Of a DNA stretch of 32,000 nucleotides, positions 28,085 to 32,000 are shown in pieces. Numbering within the stretch: the first letter of the stretch is position 1; each line of letters begins with the position of its first letter. Origin of the DNA: Zymomonas mobilis subsp. mobilis ATCC 10988 (GTDB lineage Bacteria > Pseudomonadota > Alphaproteobacteria > Sphingomonadales > Sphingomonadaceae). Both the position numbers and the translations under genes were made by a program. The notes beneath the pieces were generated by a model. It was not told the DNA's origin, ran no database searches, and saw only the letters and a list, made by a program, of their open reading frames with translations. The DNA lies in assembly GCF_000175255.2 (NCBI RefSeq), contig NC_017262.1, positions 1,020,001 to 1,052,000 of the forward strand, in the 5' to 3' direction.

Positions 28085-31000
28085 ATGCGTATCAAAATTG
28101 GCGTTTCTGTCGCCAGTAAAATTGGTTTTGCTTCTCATCAGAATGCGGTCCCGTTAATTCACGATTTGGAAATAACCAATCCGACCTCGGAAGATTTTCA
28201 GGATTTGACCTTGATCCTGAAAGCGGATTTACCCTTTATTGAAGAAGTCCGTTGGAGAATTCCTCTTTTAAAAAAAGAAGAAAGCTATCAGCTTGCTTTG
28301 CAGCCGGTGATTTTAGACGCTGGTTTTCTGCATGATTTAAACGAAAATCTGACAACTCATCTGACTTTCTCGCTTGTCAAAGGCGATACTATTCTGGCCG
28401 AAACTGTCTTGCCGGTTGAGCTGCTGTCTTATGACCAATGGGGTGGTTATAAGACGATGTCGGAATTGCTGCCCGCCTTTGCTATGCCGAATGATCCGGT
28501 CATTGATTCCGTCTTGAAATCGGCTTCTGATGTTTTGGAAAAAGCTGGAAGATTGGCTTCGATTGAAGGTTACCAGTCACAGTCGCGGGAACGGGTTTGG
28601 GAAATAACCTCTGCCATTTGGTCGGCACTTTGCGGCTTGCATCTATCTGAAGCCCCGATGCCTGACCAATATGCTGAAAATGGTCAGAAAATACGGACGC
28701 CTGAACGCATTATATCAGGGCAGATCGCCAATAGCCTTGATGCGGCCTTGCTTTTGGCCGCAGTGTTAGAAAAATCCGGATTAAACGCTTTGGTCGTTTT
28801 GTTACGAGAGACCGTTTTGGTGGGGGTCTGGTTACAGCCGATTGAATTTGCCTCTCTTATTACCGATGAAGCGGCGGCCTTGAGGCGGCGGGTCGATTTA
28901 AAAGATATGCTGTTACTGGATTCTCGGCTTTTATTGCAGCTGATACCCTCTGCTTTGTCTGTTGCCGAGCGAGAGGCTCTGAAAAAAATTGCCGAAGAGC
29001 GTGCCGCCGATTTTGTTATGGCGATTGATATCCATCGGGCGCGTTTACAAAAAATCCGGCCTTTAAATAGCTTGTCGGGGAATGGTGAAGCATTTTCGCC
29101 ATCTGAATGGGAAGCGGCTGAAGCCTTTGAAACTGCGCCGGTATTACCCGCTTTTGATGTTGAAAGGCCGGAAAGTGATGCCATCGCAAAAGATCGGCTA
29201 ACCAGTTGGCAGCGCAAATTATTGGAATTAACGCCGCGCAATCGGTTGTTAAATTTACCTGCCAAAAGCAAACAGGTGCCTTTGATCTGTTCAGACCCGA
29301 TGAAGCTAGAAATTGGGTTGAGCGACGGTAAAAAGCTGAAAATCGTAGCGATGCCGGATTTTTCGGCCAATGGGCGCGATAAAGAACTGTATGCCTCACA
29401 AAATCAGAGTGATTTGCTTCAAGAAATGGCAGAAGCGGCTATGGCGAAAGGTGAAATTATGTCTTCACTTTCGGCGAATGCTTTGGAAGCGGCTCTGATT
29501 GATCTTTACCGGAAAGCCAGAAGCGATATTGACGAGGGCGGGGCGAATACCCTGTTTTTGGCAATCGGTTTTCTGAAATGGAAGCGGCATCCTGAAGAAA
29601 CGCGGGAATATTACGCGCCTCTGGTGCTGTTACCGGTGACTTTGGAACGGAAAAATGCCCTGTCAGGTCTGGTTCTGGTCAGGCATGAAGATGAAATCCG
29701 TTTCAATCTAACACTTCTGGAAATGTTGCGGCATGATTTTAGCCTGACAATACCAGAATTGAATAAGGCTTTGCCAGAGCAAGACGGGCTTGTTGATATT
29801 GCAGCGATATGGAATATTATCCGTCACGCTATTCGGGATATTAAAGGTTTCGAGCTAATCCCCGAAGTCAGTTTAAGCACTTTTTCCTTTGTCAAATATT
29901 TGATGTGGAAAGATTTAACCGATCGTTCTGATCAGTTAAAAGAAAGTCCTCTTGTTCATTATCTGTTAGACCGGACAAAAGAGAATTTACCTAAAAATAA
30001 GCATTTTCCCACTGCTGAAACGCTCGATAAAACCGTTAATCCAGGCGAATTATTTACCCCTTTACCTGCGGATAGCTCTCAATTAGCGGCGATTGTGGCC
30101 TCGGCTAAAGGCTGTGATTTTGTTCTGGATGGTCCTCCGGGGACAGGGAAATCCCAGACTATCGCCAATATTATTGCCCATAATCTGGCTTTGGGGCGGC
30201 GCGTTTTATTCGTAGCAGAGAAAAAAGCCGCACTCGATGTCGTTCAGCGGCGTTTAAATGCCAATGGATTAGGCGATTTCTGTCTGGAACTTCATTCCAG
30301 CAAGGCGACCCGTAGCGAAGTTATTAAACAGCTCAATCGAGCTTGGGCAGCGAGTAAGGATATTCCCGAAGCTGACTGGAAAAGTGAAGCTGAAAAGCTG
30401 CGGCAGTTGCGCGACAACCTTAATGAAGTCGTTCATTTGTTGCATCAGCGTCAGCCGAATGGGCTAACGCTCTATCAAGCAATCGGGGTTGTGGTTCGGG
30501 ATGGTGGCCGTGCGGTGCCTCGTCTGAATTTTTATCATCCGCTGCAACATAGTGAGCAAGACCTTGCTCATTTTCGTGATCTGGCGCAGCGTTTAGGGCT
30601 GGCTTGGCAGGAAGTTGAAGATATCCCGCAGGATTTCGATGCAGTAACGGTAAGCGAATGGTCGAATGGTTGGCAGGAATCCATTGTTGCAGCAGCCAAG
30701 AAGTTAAAAAATGCTGTTTTAGAAGTGATTGCCGCCAAAGAGGCTATTATTGAGGCTTCTAATTTGCCGATTATGGCCGATAGTCGCGACGGATTGGAGC
30801 AATTAAGTCATTTTATCCATTTGTTGGGAAAAGCCTATGGCCGGAATTGTTATCTGGCTTTCTCACCTGAAAAAAATAAAATTATCGAGGCCGCTTATCA
30901 GCTTATTTCTATTCTAAAAAGCTATCGCAAAGAGGCTTCCGGTCTGTCTGTCCGCTATGATCGCGATATTCTAAGACGGCTACGCACACATCCACGCCGA

Positions 31001-32000
31001 TTATGGCAGGAGTGGGAAAAAGCTGACCAGCGCTTCTGGTTCTTTTCTGTTTTTGAAAAGAAAAAAATTATCAAGCATTTGGCTAAAGCTGGACGCACCA
31101 AAGGCCGGATTGATGCCGCGCATGATTTGCCTCGTCTGGTGATGATGGGGCGATTCTATGAAAAGCTCTATCACTTAAGAAAAACAATGCCTGCCTTGAA
31201 ATATTTTTCTGGCTGGAAAGGTATTAGCAGCAATCTGACGATGATTGCAGATGAATGCAGCTTTGCCGAAGAATTGGAAGCTGCGGTTACAGCGCAGGCA
31301 GCTAACCCCGCCCATTTGATCGAATTACGGCAAGCTGTCAAAAATCTGGTTATGGAGGCGAATGCGCTATTAGACCCTGCTTCGCCTTTAATGATTGCAG
31401 CGCGGCGGCTGAAAAGTGCTTTGCAAATATTGGATAGAGCCAAGGATAGTTTTGTTTCTTTGGCTGATTCCGATATGCCCAATGACCCAAAGGCATGGCT
31501 GGAATTGGCTGAAACCATTATCAGCTATGAAAACCGTTTGCAGGCTTGGGCGAATTGGCAACGGATTCGGTATGAAGCAGTATCAGCGGGACTAAAACCT
31601 TTGGTCGATGCGATCGAAAGTCATGCGATCCCAAGCGATCAGGTGGCTTCTGCCTTTGAAGCCGGTTATGCGCGCTGGTTTGCCAGTAATCTGATTGATG
31701 CTGAACCGCGATTGCGGCGTTTCTCTTCGGCTATGCAGATGGCTGATATTGCGGCTTTCCGAAAAGTTGATGACCGTGTGTCTGAATTATCAGTGCAATA
31801 TATTCGGGCGCAATTAGCTAAAAATATTGCGGTTGATGAAAATAACGGTTTGCCTGCTGGTTATGCCATTTTGAAAAGACAGCTTCAATTAAAGCATCCT
31901 ATGCCTATCCGGCAGTTGATTAGCGAAATGGGTGATGATTTCGGACGCTTGGCACCTTGTATGCTGATGAGTCCATTATCAGTTGCCCAGTTTTTACCGC
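28085..32000 (+). CDS. Large DUF4011-type SF1 helicase (Hhe/DUF4011-helicase-Vsr-like defence protein candidate), 3'-truncated by window end
   Basis: ORF open for 3916 nt to the window edge; missing from the supplied track because it has no stop. Contains DRLTSWQRKLLELTPRNRLLNLPAKSK (DUF4011-type motif, 29192-29266), DGPPGTGKSQTIANIIAHNLALGRRVLFVAEKKAALDVVQRRL (Walker A at 30131-30154) and APCMLMSPLSVAQFLP (to 31999). Same frame checked at each motif. Confidence 0.88.
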   Translation, partial: MRIKIGVSVASKIGFASHQNAVPLIHDLEITNPTSEDFQDLTLILKADLPFIEEVRWRIPLLKKEESYQLALQPVILDAGFLHDLNENLTTHLTFSLVKGDTILAETVLPVELLSYDQWGGYKTMSELLPAFAMPNDPVIDSVLKSASDVLEKAGRLASIEGYQSQSRERVWEITSAIWSALCGLHLSEAPMPDQYAENGQKIRTPERIISGQIANSLDAALLLAAVLEKSGLNALVVLLRETVLVGVWLQPIEFASLITDEAAALRRRVDLKDMLLLDSRLLLQLIPSALSVAEREALKKIAEERAADFVMAIDIHRARLQKIRPLNSLSGNGEAFSPSEWEAAEAFETAPVLPAFDVERPESDAIAKDRLTSWQRKLLELTPRNRLLNLPAKSKQVPLICSDPMKLEIGLSDGKKLKIVAMPDFSANGRDKELYASQNQSDLLQEMAEAAMAKGEIMSSLSANALEAALIDLYRKARSDIDEGGANTLFLAIGFLKWKRHPEETREYYAPLVLLPVTLERKNALSGLVLVRHEDEIRFNLTLLEMLRHDFSLTIPELNKALPEQDGLVDIAAIWNIIRHAIRDIKGFELIPEVSLSTFSFVKYLMWKDLTDRSDQLKESPLVHYLLDRTKENLPKNKHFPTAETLDKTVNPGELFTPLPADSSQLAAIVASAKGCDFVLDGPPGTGKSQTIANIIAHNLALGRRVLFVAEKKAALDVVQRRLNANGLGDFCLELHSSKATRSEVIKQLNRAWAASKDIPEADWKSEAEKLRQLRDNLNEVVHLLHQRQPNGLTLYQAIGVVVRDGGRAVPRLNFYHPLQHSEQDLAHFRDLAQRLGLAWQEVEDIPQDFDAVTVSEWSNGWQESIVAAAKKLKNAVLEVIAAKEAIIEASNLPIMADSRDGLEQLSHFIHLLGKAYGRNCYLAFSPEKNKIIEAAYQLISILKSYRKEASGLSVRYDRDILRRLRTHPRRLWQEWEKADQRFWFFSVFEKKKIIKHLAKAGRTKGRIDAAHDLPRLVMMGRFYEKLYHLRKTMPALKYFSGWKGISSNLTMIADECSFAEELEAAVTAQAANPAHLIELRQAVKNLVMEANALLDPASPLMIAARRLKSALQILDRAKDSFVSLADSDMPNDPKAWLELAETIISYENRLQAWANWQRIRYEAVSAGLKPLVDAIESHAIPSDQVASAFEAGYARWFASNLIDAEPRLRRFSSAMQMADIAAFRKVDDRVSELSVQYIRAQLAKNIAVDENNGLPAGYAILKRQLQLKHPMPIRQLISEMGDDFGRLAPCMLMSPLSVAQFLP

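Noticed and set aside
28684-29370. 228-aa minus-strand ORF
   Set aside because: Lies wholly antisense to the DUF4011 helicase frame, which carries recognisable motifs; the minus-strand translation is low complexity, rich in Ser/Lys/Ala, with no motif.
29016-29399. 127-aa plus-strand ORF in another frame
   Set aside because: Overlaps the same helicase coding frame; it has no recognisable domain and is best explained as an out-of-frame shadow ORF.
31171-31518. 115-aa minus-strand ORF
   Set aside because: Antisense to the conserved helicase frame; no domain features.

Overview
The window looks like a mostly core, densely packed alphaproteobacterial chromosome segment. Gene content and sequence style suggest Zymomonas or a related sphingomonad (inference). 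In order it carries: the 3' part of an SDR oxidoreductase, a small WGR-domain protein (-), tRNA-Pro(CGG) (-), folA, ribF, ileS, lspA, a DUF3035-like lipoprotein, queF (-), a sulfurtransferase/cystathionine beta-lyase fusion, efp, suhB-like, a Tat-exported DUF882/M15-like protein, thiE (-), a MipZ-like ParA ATPase, a membrane-anchored J-domain protein, phosphomannomutase/phosphoglucomutase, a second SDR, an aspartate-type aminotransferase (-), a class-IV aminotransferase-like gene (-), tldD, an EEP-family hydrolase, amtB, a double-domain hfq, hflX, yqgE, a ParBc_2-like protein, and a very large ORF open through the right edge. The strongest candidate for an unusual system is that last ORF (28085 to the edge, at least 1305 aa). 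It reads as a DUF4011-type SF1 helicase of the kind found in the Hhe (DUF4011-helicase-Vsr) antiphage defence family. Its N-terminal transglutaminase-like module appears to have lost the expected Cys and His. Other notable items are an Hfq with two non-equivalent Sm domains, a rhodanese-MetC fusion, overlapping inverted repeats in the efp leader, and a PabC-like protein apparently lacking the PLP lysine. No CRISPR array, transposase, prophage module or long repeat was seen.
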